64,000 nt of DNA, from contig JBHGNT010000006.1 of the NCBI GenBank assembly GCA_043228905.1, forward strand, positions 15,066,001 through 15,130,000, read 5' to 3'. Under the pieces are notes generated by a model. The model was given only the letters and a program-made list of their open reading frames with translations. It was not told the DNA's origin and searched no databases. This DNA is from Azolla caroliniana (taxonomy: Eukaryota > Plantae > Polypodiophyta). Below are positions 53,401-63,500 of the stretch, one piece after another; within the stretch, counting starts at the first letter, position 1, and each line of letters begins with the position of its first letter. The position numbers and the translations under genes are program-made.

Positions 53401-54919
53401 CACCGGCTGAGTAGGATGAGAAGCATTTCCGGTCCGGGGTAAGGTGGAACGACGCTCCGGAGTCTACCACCCAGGTCATCTCGTCGCCGGCATGGTTTAT
53501 CTCACTCTCCTCGGTGATGAGCATCAACTCCTCTTCACTTGCCGCAATTGCCGTCGTTCCCTTCCGGTCTGGCCCCCTCCGGTCTTTACAGTTCCGGTCT
53601 GTACCGTTTCGGTTCGGGGTTTGCTTCGAATCGGTACCGTCGGTTTCCTTGTCTTTACGGAAATGCCGACAGTTCTTTTGGAAGTGTCCCGGCTTGCCAC
53701 AATAGAAGCAAGTAGGCCTCCCCCTTGACTTTGACCGTGTCCCCGACTTCTCCCGGTTCTGGGGACTACGGTTTCTATGTCTTCCGCGTTCCGATTCGGT
53801 AAGGAGCGCTTTGGAGTCGGAGCTCGTATCTTTGTCTTTCCGACGAGCCTCCTCATCTAGCAGGCTCGACTTTACTCTTGCTAGGGACAGCCGTTTTCCT
53901 TCCGGCCCGGCGTTGCCCAAAGTGACAACCAACGTCTCCCAGCTATCCGGGAGGGAACCGAGCAGGAGTAGCGCAAGGACTTCATCAGCAAGAGGTACTT
54001 CCAATGACGTTGCCTGGTGGATCAGCCCCTGGAAGGCATTCATATGCTCCGCCATGCTGGAGCCATCTTGGTACCAGAGTCTTACTAGCTTCCGGAATAC
54101 CGACACCTGATTGACAACATTTTTGTTCTGGAACATTATGCCGATCTTCTCCCAGAGCTCATGAGCCTTGCTCTCTTCATTGAAGTTGTTGTACAGGCTC
54201 ATGTCGATGAAGCACCGTATGTACGTCGTTGTCTTCATGTGCATCACCTCCCATATCGCGGCGTCGATTTTGTCCGGTCTTGCCGAGAACACGACGTTCC
54301 TTATGTCCGACGCTCGGCCACAACCGAGATTCTTTTCATACACAGAAAAACAGGTAATGTAACACGACACAAAGAGGAGAAATGGTACACAGGAGGTTTA
54401 CGTGGAAAACCCCAAAATAAGGGAAAAAACCACGGCAGCCCACAGGCTGCAAACTGTCACTATGTAGGAATATACAATAGTGAGATCACTGAGGCAACGA
54501 CCTCGTGCTCTCAGATCTTCGCCACAGGCGGCGGTTACAACAGAGGCAACGACCTCGTCTCTCTCTCACTCTCTCTCTGTACAGTTACGCACTCTTCTCT
54601 ATCTACTTGCACCAACAAGGAAGAATAACAACAATAAGAGCAGCACCCAAAAAAAAACTAAAAGTTTGCCCTAAGTCATATTTATACTAATATGACTTTT
54701 CGGCTATTTACAAATGTAGCCTCGATGGGCTCTCAGAAACATATTTACGAATATGTCTCTTCCTCCGGTTCATACCGGGCCTACACCATCCGGCTCTCCG
54801 CAGTCGGGTACTCCCCATCCGGTCCATACCAGGTCGGCCTCGACCGGTCAGCCTCGACCGAGTTTGTTCGTCGGCACTGTTCTTCTCCCTTCCCATCCGG
54901 AGGGACCTGTCTCCCAACA
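50411..54919 (-). mobile_element. Tnt1/Tork-like copia (copia-5) with few lesions; PBS and gag start deleted, 3' end lost; 5' LTR ~54281-54919
   Basis: ORFs 53075-54370, 51911-53062, 51022-51858 and 50471-~51060 carry CCHC, DSGAS, integrase, YVDD and FTDSD motifs. The LTR starts TGTTGGGAG on the minus strand at 54919. Confidence 0.94.
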
Positions 54920-55358
54920 TCAAAGTGGGTGTGGAACAACGAACAGGTGTTTAAGCGTAATGCGTAAGGGAAGAACCCCTGTAACCTATCAACGTATAAG
55001 GGGAGACAGCTACAACCGAAGCCCTATCAGGGGTTATACTTACGTACTCAAACACTTAAGTATTCAAGACACACACACTGAATTAGCCGTAGCTATACAC
55101 AGAAAATCAGAGAAGATAGAATTCTATTATCAGGCGTTTCTTTACATTCCCAAAATTACACGCACCTCCATCAGAGGTTTTCTGCCCTTTATATATGCAT
55201 GGTCTATTTAGCCGTTCGCGCTTCCTGTGTGAACCGTTATGTGCATTCTGCTCTTATATAATTTCTTATTCCTACGCTTTTGTCCGTCGGTTACTATTTT
55301 GGCGGACAACACTTGGCATGCCTGTGGGACAGTGCCCTGGCACGTCGGACCCATCCCA

Positions 55359-56110
55359 TTAATCCTCTTCCAAAATGGCCCGGATGTTCGGCTCTGCTGT
55401 GGTGTCCTCGTCCGGAGGTGATGTAGGGCCCGTAGGTGCATCGTGGTGTGGCTCCTCTGTTTGGTCGGGTTGGTTTCTCCCGGAGTCGCTGTCGCCGTGT
55501 GTGGGTGGTCCGGGTACGATGGGCTCTTCTTGAGTTATTGGGTTGGGCTCCACCGTTGTCGTGCTTGCAGGGGGCTGCGGCTTTGCCTCCATTGTTACGT
55601 CCTCCGTGGTGTCGGCCGTTTATGTATGTTTGTGGGAGTGGGGCGGAGATTCCGCCTGGTCCGCACCGTTCTCCGCGTGGTTGATGATAGTGTGGGCTCG
55701 TGCGGCTGAACCTCTTGTTGTGTAGTGGTTTCGCTGTCTGGTCTTGTGGGGAACTCCGCTCGTCGTTCCCCGCTATTCTCCATCGTTGTTACCTCTGGTG
55801 ATCGGGCCTGAGGTTCGTCTTCTTCGGTTGTGCCCGGAATTGGCGTCACGCTGGATTCCTCGTTTGTGCGCGTGTTGCCAGCTTGTGTGATCTGGTGAAA
55901 TAGCTCCTCCTGACTTTCACCAAAATCATCTAAGAGCTGTGCGAGCTCTTCGGAGTGTTGGTCTACCAACGCACGATAGTCTTGCACTAGGTCCTCTCGT
56001 ACGGCCGTAATGCACTCCTCATTTAGTTTATAGAAACGTCGACCGTCTTTTCGTCGGTTCTCCCACTCCGCACGATACGCGTGCAATTCCGCTGCTTGGG
56101 TTGCCCACGC
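55359..56110 (-). pseudogene. Orphan ORF remnant (helical acidic domain plus T/P/E/Q-rich tail), cut at its 5' end by the gypsy D LTR
   Basis: ORFs 55595-56086 and 55359-55592. No in-frame ATG before the LTR junction at 56110/56111. Confidence 0.5.
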
Positions 56111-56998
56111 TGTCGCAAAGATTCGCGCGTGTGTGTGCTACTCGAGCGACCATCGGGGTCTTGGACCGGGGAGGATGTTTGCAGAATTATCGAAGAGATG
56201 ACAATCAATGTAAGATTAGATGAAATTGGTTTACTTGAAAAGAAGAAAGATTGTACACTTGAGAAGTAGAAAAATATGAAGAAGATAAAGACAAATATAA
56301 TTATATTGATGATAAGGGTGTTGGTGATATCACATATTGAGCCCCCCTTACACAAGTTCAAGTAGAGGCTTTTATAGGTCTTTCCATGCTTGTGACATGC
56401 ACAAAACCATGGGCTAAAACCATGGTTTTGTGCACATGGTTTTGTTTATGTCATGCACAAACCATGGGTTTAGAACCATGGTTTTGTGCACATGGTTTTC
56501 TATGGTTGTTTCATCTATAATTCGTATATAAAAAGGACATAAAATCTACACTATATGATAGTTGTCCTAATGGTAAGGCAATCATCTTGTATCTTAGAGG
56601 TGCAAGGTTCAAACCTTGCTTGCACCCCTCTGTATAAACTCAAGTGCCACTAGGCCTTAGGTTTATTTGCTAAGTGCATGTGCAATGTTGCACATCCTTG
56701 GTTTATTCGTCTCACTCGGTTTCACACCGTAGCCGAAAATCGTCACGACATCCACCCCCACCAAACCCGCACATCTTCCGGTATGTGCTGAGAAAGGTGA
56801 AGAGGTGAGATCCTTGGCAACAATGATCAACCGAGTTCCTCTGCACGCTCGTCTGATTTCGTCTTCCACTTCGAGTATGCGCAATCTTTCCAACCGATCC
56901 ACCATATCCGACGCTCACACCTTCTTCCCCGGTCGGTTGTAGTAGATCTACCGAACGATGTCGTCGATCCGACCGCCCTTCCTTCGTCCACAACGCGT
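56111..56998 (-). mobile_element. Gypsy D 3' end: 640-bp 3' LTR (56111-56750), PPT 56751-56765 and ~230 bp internal sequence
   Basis: Minus strand reads GCACATACCGGAAGATGTGC..TTTGGTGGGGGTGGA|TGTCGTGAC ... TATAAAAG (56376-56369) ... TTTGCGACA, the same pre-LTR signature as copies B and C. Confidence 0.85.
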
Positions 56999-57310
56999 TG
57001 TCGTGTGAATCTTCACACACTATGTAAAAAAAATAATGAAATAATTATTATAGATTAGATTGGTAGCTTACTATAGAAAGATGGATATACTCAAGAGCTT
57101 CAAAATGTATTTTACTATATACAAAATGGAGAAATACATATCAAGTTATGGGAAAATGAAGTTTGATTAGATAGAGATATTAGAACTATCCCACATAGAT
57201 AGGAAAGTTAAGGCCCTGGCTATATAAACACCTTGAGCTCCCTCATTTTTCATTTGTGCTGAGAGAACTTTGGCCACTTTGTCTTGATGGATGATGGTGG
57301 CCAAAATCCC

Positions 57311-57680
57311 TAAAACCGGAAACGGGTCCGGTAAGCAAATCCGGAAACGGGCCGGTAAGCAAAACCGGAATCGGAACGGGTATGCAAAACCGGAAACCGG
57401 CCGGTAAGCAAAACCGGAACCGGAATTGGCAAGCAAACCGGAACCGGAACCGGCAAGCAAACCGGAACCGGCCGGCAAGCAAAACCGGAACCGGAACCGG
57501 CAAGCAAACCGGAATCGGAACCGGTCGGCAAGCAAACCGGAACCGGCCGGCAAGCAAAACCGGAAACCGGCCGGCAAGCAAAACCGAAACCGAAACCGGC
57601 AAGCAAACCGGAATCGGTCTGCAAGCAAAATCCGAACCGGAACCGACCGGCAAGCAAAATGGAACCGGCTACCGGACGAT
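57311..57680. repeat. GC-rich minisatellite of (GCAA)GCAAA(A)-(CCGGAA)n-CCG units inside LTR C
   Basis: Roughly 14 variable 20-30 bp units seen directly. Confidence 0.9.
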
Positions 57681-58271
57681 GTTGGACGCGGACGGACGAA
57701 AGATTGGATCATGCAACAAACTAAAGTAAAGTGAAGAGAACTAAAGTAAAGGCCATGTGGACGCAAGCAACTAAAGAAGGGAGTGCATGGAAAAAGTAAA
57801 GGTCATGTGGACAATCACATGCAACCAAAAGAAAAAGCTAGGCAACTAAAAATAGAGGCCATGCAACAAAAAGTGAAAAGGCTATGATCAAGAGAGAACT
57901 CCATTTTATTCCAAATTTTTTTTTCCTACACTAGAATGGACTCTCCATATTATCTTAATTTTTCTTCTCAACTCCCTTATCTTAGGAAGCGATAATACTC
58001 ATAGAACCGAATCCTAATCTTCCCTACGGAAGCCATATCTACCAAAACCCCTAATTTTTCTTTTCTATTAATCTTAGTAAACCTAAAACTTCTAAATCCC
58101 AATCTTGGGACATATTGTAATTTCTTTTCCCTTTATTAATGAAATTTGTGAATCTTTATCATTTTGCATTAATTGTTTAATATAATCATACGAATCCGAT
58201 ATCTTCTGGTCGGAGGCCCCGGGGTCCTGCCTCAAAGTTCGCGTATCCTCGTCGTATTTTCGCGACATCTT

Positions 58272-58289
58272 TGGTGAACCCGACGTGAA
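58272..58289 (+). promoter_or_regulatory. Primer binding site complementary to tRNA-Trp
   Basis: TGGTGAACCCGACGTGAA is the reverse complement of the plant cytosolic tRNA-Trp 3' end (...TTCACGTCGGGTTCACCA, recalled from memory). It lies 4 nt after the LTR end. Confidence 0.85.
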
Positions 58290-58320
58290 TCGAGGCAGTA
58301 GGAGGATATCAAGTTCGAAG

Positions 58321-60501
58321 ATGGCTTCGACAAGTGGAACTCAAGGAGAAGAATTGACGAAAGGCATGGTGTCCGTTGTCGAATTCATGCTGAAAGAGAG
58401 AGATCGGGAGGCTTTAGTCGACAAAGCTGTTGACCGAACTGTGGAGACAGTTGGAAGATTCGGTGGGAAGAACATCACAAATTTCCTTGCTACCTACCGG
58501 AATGAGATGCAACAAAGAGATGTCCATGATCCAAAACAAATTTCAAGCTTTAAGCGTGTGGTAGAACCCGGGATCCGTGAGCGCGTGATGGAGATCCAAA
58601 ACGAGCATGCAACTTGGGCGGAGTTCGAAAGGGCTCTTCTCACTGAATACATGCTTGAAGACGCATCGCGGATGACTCGGCATGCGTTAATGAATTGGAT
58701 CGAGAAGAAAGGGAAGAATCTGTGTGCATCGGGAATTTATGCCGAATTTGACCAGAAGTACAACCGACTTCCGAGTGTCGAGCAACGAGTTCTCGACGGA
58801 GATAAAGTCTTGCTATTCCTAAAGGCAATGGATGCGAAAGATCGGCGAGAATTGGGTAGTTTCTTGGAGGATGAAACACAACCAAATGGTTTGGTAGCGG
58901 ACTGGGCGGCGGTGAAGAAGGCTTGCAGCCGTTTTGATAAGCGGCGACAATGGCAAGAGGAAGCTGAGGTTGAGAATCCACAATTGTGGAAGAAGGCACC
59001 TACGACGATTGAGCCAGGTAAGCCGATCAACAATTTCGACAAGAAAGCAATGGAGGAGTCTATAATCGAAGAGCTCTCCAAGAAGTTTGAAGCGGTATCG
59101 CTAGCCAACTTAGGTCGACGCGGGCCCAAGGGAAAAGAAGCATATAGATGTGTGTGGTGTGATAGCTTTGAACACTCACGAAGGGAATGTGCTGACTTGC
59201 AAGATGCAATCCGCAAGAATGTCGTCTATTTGGACGGCAACATGATTCACTCAAGCGAGACCCGGAAGCCACTACGAGTGAACTTCGGAAGAGGTGGGCT
59301 GAAAAAGATTGTAGAAGAAGAAGATGCAAGGCATGTGGAGGCTATGCACTATGCTGCTTCGGCTGGGATACGAGTTGGAAAAGAGAATCTTAAAATGATC
59401 AAGCCAGGAGCTGGGTTTTGGCCAACGGTCTTCGAGTGCGAAGAAAAAGGCAAAATCAATTCGGAGGATCTAAAACTTGCTGACCGAAACGTGCGACGAG
59501 CAACTGGATGGTCAGATCCAATCGATGAAAACACAAGCTTTGCGGAGGTTGTGTGTGACACCTATGAAGCCCTTGTCGAAGAGAAGAGGAAGAGAACTGG
59601 TGAAGAAGATGGCACATCAAAGCGACCTAACACGAGGAACGGAGGGAAAGAAGGGTCACCCCAACCTATCCCAAGAAAAGAGATTGGTGAAACAAACATG
59701 AAGCCCAGTGGATCGAGCCAACCTGCTCGGATGGAAGTCGAAGAATCAACGAAGAAAGGAAAAGAACGAGCGGCACCGACTTACAAGCTAAGGTCGGACA
59801 TAGAACAAACAACTAACTTGCAGAAAGTCCTTGAGGAGAAGGTTTTAGATAGTCATGTCGACCTTACCTTGAGAGAGCTACTTGGGATCGCGAAGAAGGA
59901 GTTCCATGATACTATCGTGGACCTTATTAAGAGGAAGCGACAACAATCTGATGAAGAGGAGGTCAAAACAAGTGCCATAACCATGGCAAGATCGGAAGAG
60001 GAGGAAGAAGAAGAAGTGGTGGCGGATAGCCATTACTCGCGGCCTCATTGGGCAAGAGCGACAACGGAGACACCCGTGAAGATCGGGGAGAAGAAAGAGA
60101 CCGTGGTCGCTTTGATTGACCATGGCTCTGAGATCAACCTCATGTCGACCGAGTTCTATAAGAAAGGAAGATGGCCGATTAATACAAACCACGGATGGAA
60201 GATTCGAGCGGCGACGAAGGCTACGGAGGACTTGTACGGAGCTTGCCCCAACGTTAAAGTCACGATTGGGGATGTAGAGATTGATCAACACTTCTTCGTG
60301 CAAGACTCGGCTTCACATCCCGTCATCCTAGGACAACCATATATAACATCGTCCCGGATGGAGACCAAGGTGTTCGATAATGGAGCAGCCTTCGCGCGCG
60401 TCAAGAGTCTTGATAGTAAAAAATCCGTTCAATTCCTGACGGTTCGAGCTAATCATGAAAGGAACCGAGATAGCCTTGGAGGCGAATCCTCGGATTTTTA
60501 A
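58321..60501 (+). CDS. Gag-protease polyprotein
   Basis: Uninterrupted ORF with Zn knuckle CVWCDSFEHSRREC and aspartic protease-like LIDHGSEIN...VILGQPY. Confidence 0.9.
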   Translation: MASTSGTQGEELTKGMVSVVEFMLKERDREALVDKAVDRTVETVGRFGGKNITNFLATYRNEMQQRDVHDPKQISSFKRVVEPGIRERVMEIQNEHATWAEFERALLTEYMLEDASRMTRHALMNWIEKKGKNLCASGIYAEFDQKYNRLPSVEQRVLDGDKVLLFLKAMDAKDRRELGSFLEDETQPNGLVADWAAVKKACSRFDKRRQWQEEAEVENPQLWKKAPTTIEPGKPINNFDKKAMEESIIEELSKKFEAVSLANLGRRGPKGKEAYRCVWCDSFEHSRRECADLQDAIRKNVVYLDGNMIHSSETRKPLRVNFGRGGLKKIVEEEDARHVEAMHYAASAGIRVGKENLKMIKPGAGFWPTVFECEEKGKINSEDLKLADRNVRRATGWSDPIDENTSFAEVVCDTYEALVEEKRKRTGEEDGTSKRPNTRNGGKEGSPQPIPRKEIGETNMKPSGSSQPARMEVEESTKKGKERAAPTYKLRSDIEQTTNLQKVLEEKVLDSHVDLTLRELLGIAKKEFHDTIVDLIKRKRQQSDEEEVKTSAITMARSEEEEEEEVVADSHYSRPHWARATTETPVKIGEKKETVVALIDHGSEINLMSTEFYKKGRWPINTNHGWKIRAATKATEDLYGACPNVKVTIGDVEIDQHFFVQDSASHPVILGQPYITSSRMETKVFDNGAAFARVKSLDSKKSVQFLTVRANHERNRDSLGGESSDF

Positions 60502-63500
60502 AGCGGACTATTGAAGCATGGGGCACAAATAGTCCGAGCAATCATAAGTCCCCACAAGGAAGCAAAGTGCGTGGATTGCAAGGAGAAGCAACATGCGTCA
60601 CACCTGGCGGCGCATGCAAACTTAGACTACTCAACAAGAAGGAACAGTGTCAGATTCAAGACTTCGAGGAGGTGCTGAAAGAAGAAAGCATAATTGAAGA
60701 AGAAGAATTCGTGTCATATATTCTGGAGGAAGCCTCATTTAACGACACCATCGGCGAAATCGAGGAAGTCGTGGATTTGAGCTATCCTCACCATCGACAT
60801 GTGATTTCGGTTAACTCCGTCAACATGTATACTATCATCGATGAATATCATCGAGGAATCTTGATAGAGGAAGTCGAAGTCAACACAAAATATAAAACCG
60901 TGGATAGGAAGATCAAGCCAGTTGCAGTTCCGCTACCGGAAGATAGCTGGCAAAAGATGAAGGAAGTTGCAAAAGATCCAAGCTTAAGGAACCCAAATAC
61001 AATTGGTCACGCCTTCACTGAAGAGACGAAAGGAAAGCTACGAGTTGGAAGGGAGGATTTCCTCCTCCCTGAAGAGGAGCGGATGTTTCGTGGAATGCTT
61101 GAAAGACATGGGAAGGCTTTCGCGTTTTTTCCACAAGAAATCGGGTGTGCTAATCCAAGGACGGTAGAACCGATGGTGATCTTCACGGTGCCGCATGTGC
61201 CTTGGAATTTGAAACCGATACCGGTTCCGAGAGCACACCTACCGAAGTTGATCGAGCTCTTAAAGGAGAAGGTGAGAATGGGAATTCTAGAACCGTCGAA
61301 TGCTCCTTATTCTAATAGGTGGTTCACGGTGCCAAAGAAGAATGGATCGTTGCGATTCATTCAAGATCTTCAACCCGTCAACAAGGTGACAATTTGGAAT
61401 GCTGGAATCGGTCCGAGTGTGGATGAATTTGCCGAGGCGTTTGCGGGACGGTCCATCTACTCCATCGGCGATCTTTACTCTGGCTACGATCAATTCCAGT
61501 TGGCGGTCGACAGTCGTGACATTACAACCATGAGAACTCCAATCGGGTTGGTGCGGATGTGTACCTTACCTCAAGGCGCAACGAACTCGGTGGCTCATAT
61601 GGTGAATGCCATGAACAAGGTCTTGAAGGATTGCATCCCGGATATCACGATGCCATTCTTAGATGATATTCCGATAAAAGGATGTTCGGATGAAGAGAAG
61701 GATGAATCAAAAGATAAGGATGGATGTAGAAAGTTCGTCATCGATCATATGAAAGATTGCGAGAAGGTGCTCCAAAGGCTCAAAGATGCGAATTTAACAT
61801 TTTCGGGAGAAAAATCCGCATTCGGGCAACCAGAGATCTTGGTGGTAGGTCACTTGTGTGGAGCATACGGTCGGAAGCCTTCACCATCCAAGGTGAATGC
61901 AATTCAAGACATGAAAGAAGAATGTGTAACCCAAACGGAGGTTCGAAGGTTCCTTGGAGCATGCGCGTTTTATCATATTTGGATTCCACACTACGCCCAC
62001 ATTGCGGAGCCATTATATGGTCTACTAAAGAAGAAGCGGATGTTCGAATGGACGAGCGAGCATACAATCGCCATCCGAAGGTTGAAGAAAATTTTGATGG
62101 AGGCACCTGCATTACGGAAAGCGGACTATTCATACGGCAAGCCCATTTTCGTGACTGTGGATACTAGTCCAATCGGAATTGGATGGGTTATCAATCAAGA
62201 AGATGAAGATTGCAACCGATATGCAATTCGGTTTGGCGCGAAAGTGTTAAGTGACAGGCAAAGAAGGTATGCCCAAGTGAAGAGGGAGCTATGGGGGATC
62301 GTCTCGGCAATCAAATCTGATCGTGATTACCTTATTGGAGCAGAAGTCATAATTGAGACAGATTGCCTACCAATTTTGGGTATGATATCTGGTTGCAATA
62401 CACCGGATATTGCCATGTTGCGTTGGATTGCATATATCAAATCACTCAACCCGGAGATCCGTCATGTAGCTGGGAAGCGTAATGTCGTTGCAGACATGCT
62501 ATCACGAGCGAGATACGATGGAGAAGAAGATCGACATTCTGATGAAGATGATGTTGGCCTGGATTTCTTTGCAAGTTCCTATGCTCGGGTGTTGATTACT
62601 TTCATAGAAGAGGACTACGAAGGCGAATTCGTGGAGATCGGGAAATACTTGAGTTCTCTCCAAAAAGATGAATCATGGTCGACGGAAGACTTCCATCGAA
62701 TTCGGAAGAAAGCATACAAGTATTTCCTTAAGGATGGAGCTCTTTGGAAGCATGCAAAAAAGAAGAATGGGACTCCGATGAGAGTTGTCTGCAAGCTAGA
62801 AGACCAACAAAAACTAATGTCCGAATTCCATGATAGTGTTTTTGCAGGCCATCGAGGAATATGGGCTACGTTTGCGAAGCTTAAGGAGAAATATTGGTGG
62901 CCGGGCATCTACAAAGATGTAGCAGCTTATGTGGAAACATGTAAGGAATGTCAAATGTTTTCGAATATTCGCCATCGAGATGGACTTCATCCGACTTACC
63001 CGTTGGCTATGCATTACAAGTGGATGGTGGACATAGTGATGATGCCAATGGGACGATGGCAGATGAAGTATCTTGTGCTCGCGAGAGAGGATCTTACTAA
63101 TCAAGTTGAAGGGCGAGCATTAAGAACTAAGGAGACATCATCGGTATGCCGATTCCTTCTTGAAGATGTTATTTGCAGATATGGATGCGTCGGCAAGATA
63201 GTGGCTGATAGAGGCGAGTTGGACGCCAATGAAGCTAGAGAATTCTTCTCGAGGATGGGAATCAAATTATCTCTTACCATGGCGTATAATCCGGAAGCAA
63301 ATGGGAAGGTGGAGCGTGGACATGGACCGATTGTGAAGGCTCTAGTGAAAGCTTGCCATGGGAAAATAGGAGAATGGCCACGTCTATTGCCATTTGCATT
63401 ATGGGCTGACAGGACTACTCATAGCACGGTGACGGGATACATGCCGGCAGAGCTCATATTCGGACAAAAGCCAATAATGCCGGTAGAACAAAGTATTATT

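Noticed and set aside
57167-57766. Repetitive ORFs (RFRFACR, NRNR, PEPAGK) in most frames
   Set aside because: They arise from a stop-free minisatellite and show no coding evidence.
54920-58267. One 3.3-kb LTR containing an antisense gene with its own promoter
   Set aside because: It resolves into an orphan ORF, a minus-strand 3' LTR with PPT (56111-56765) and a separate plus-strand LTR from 56999.
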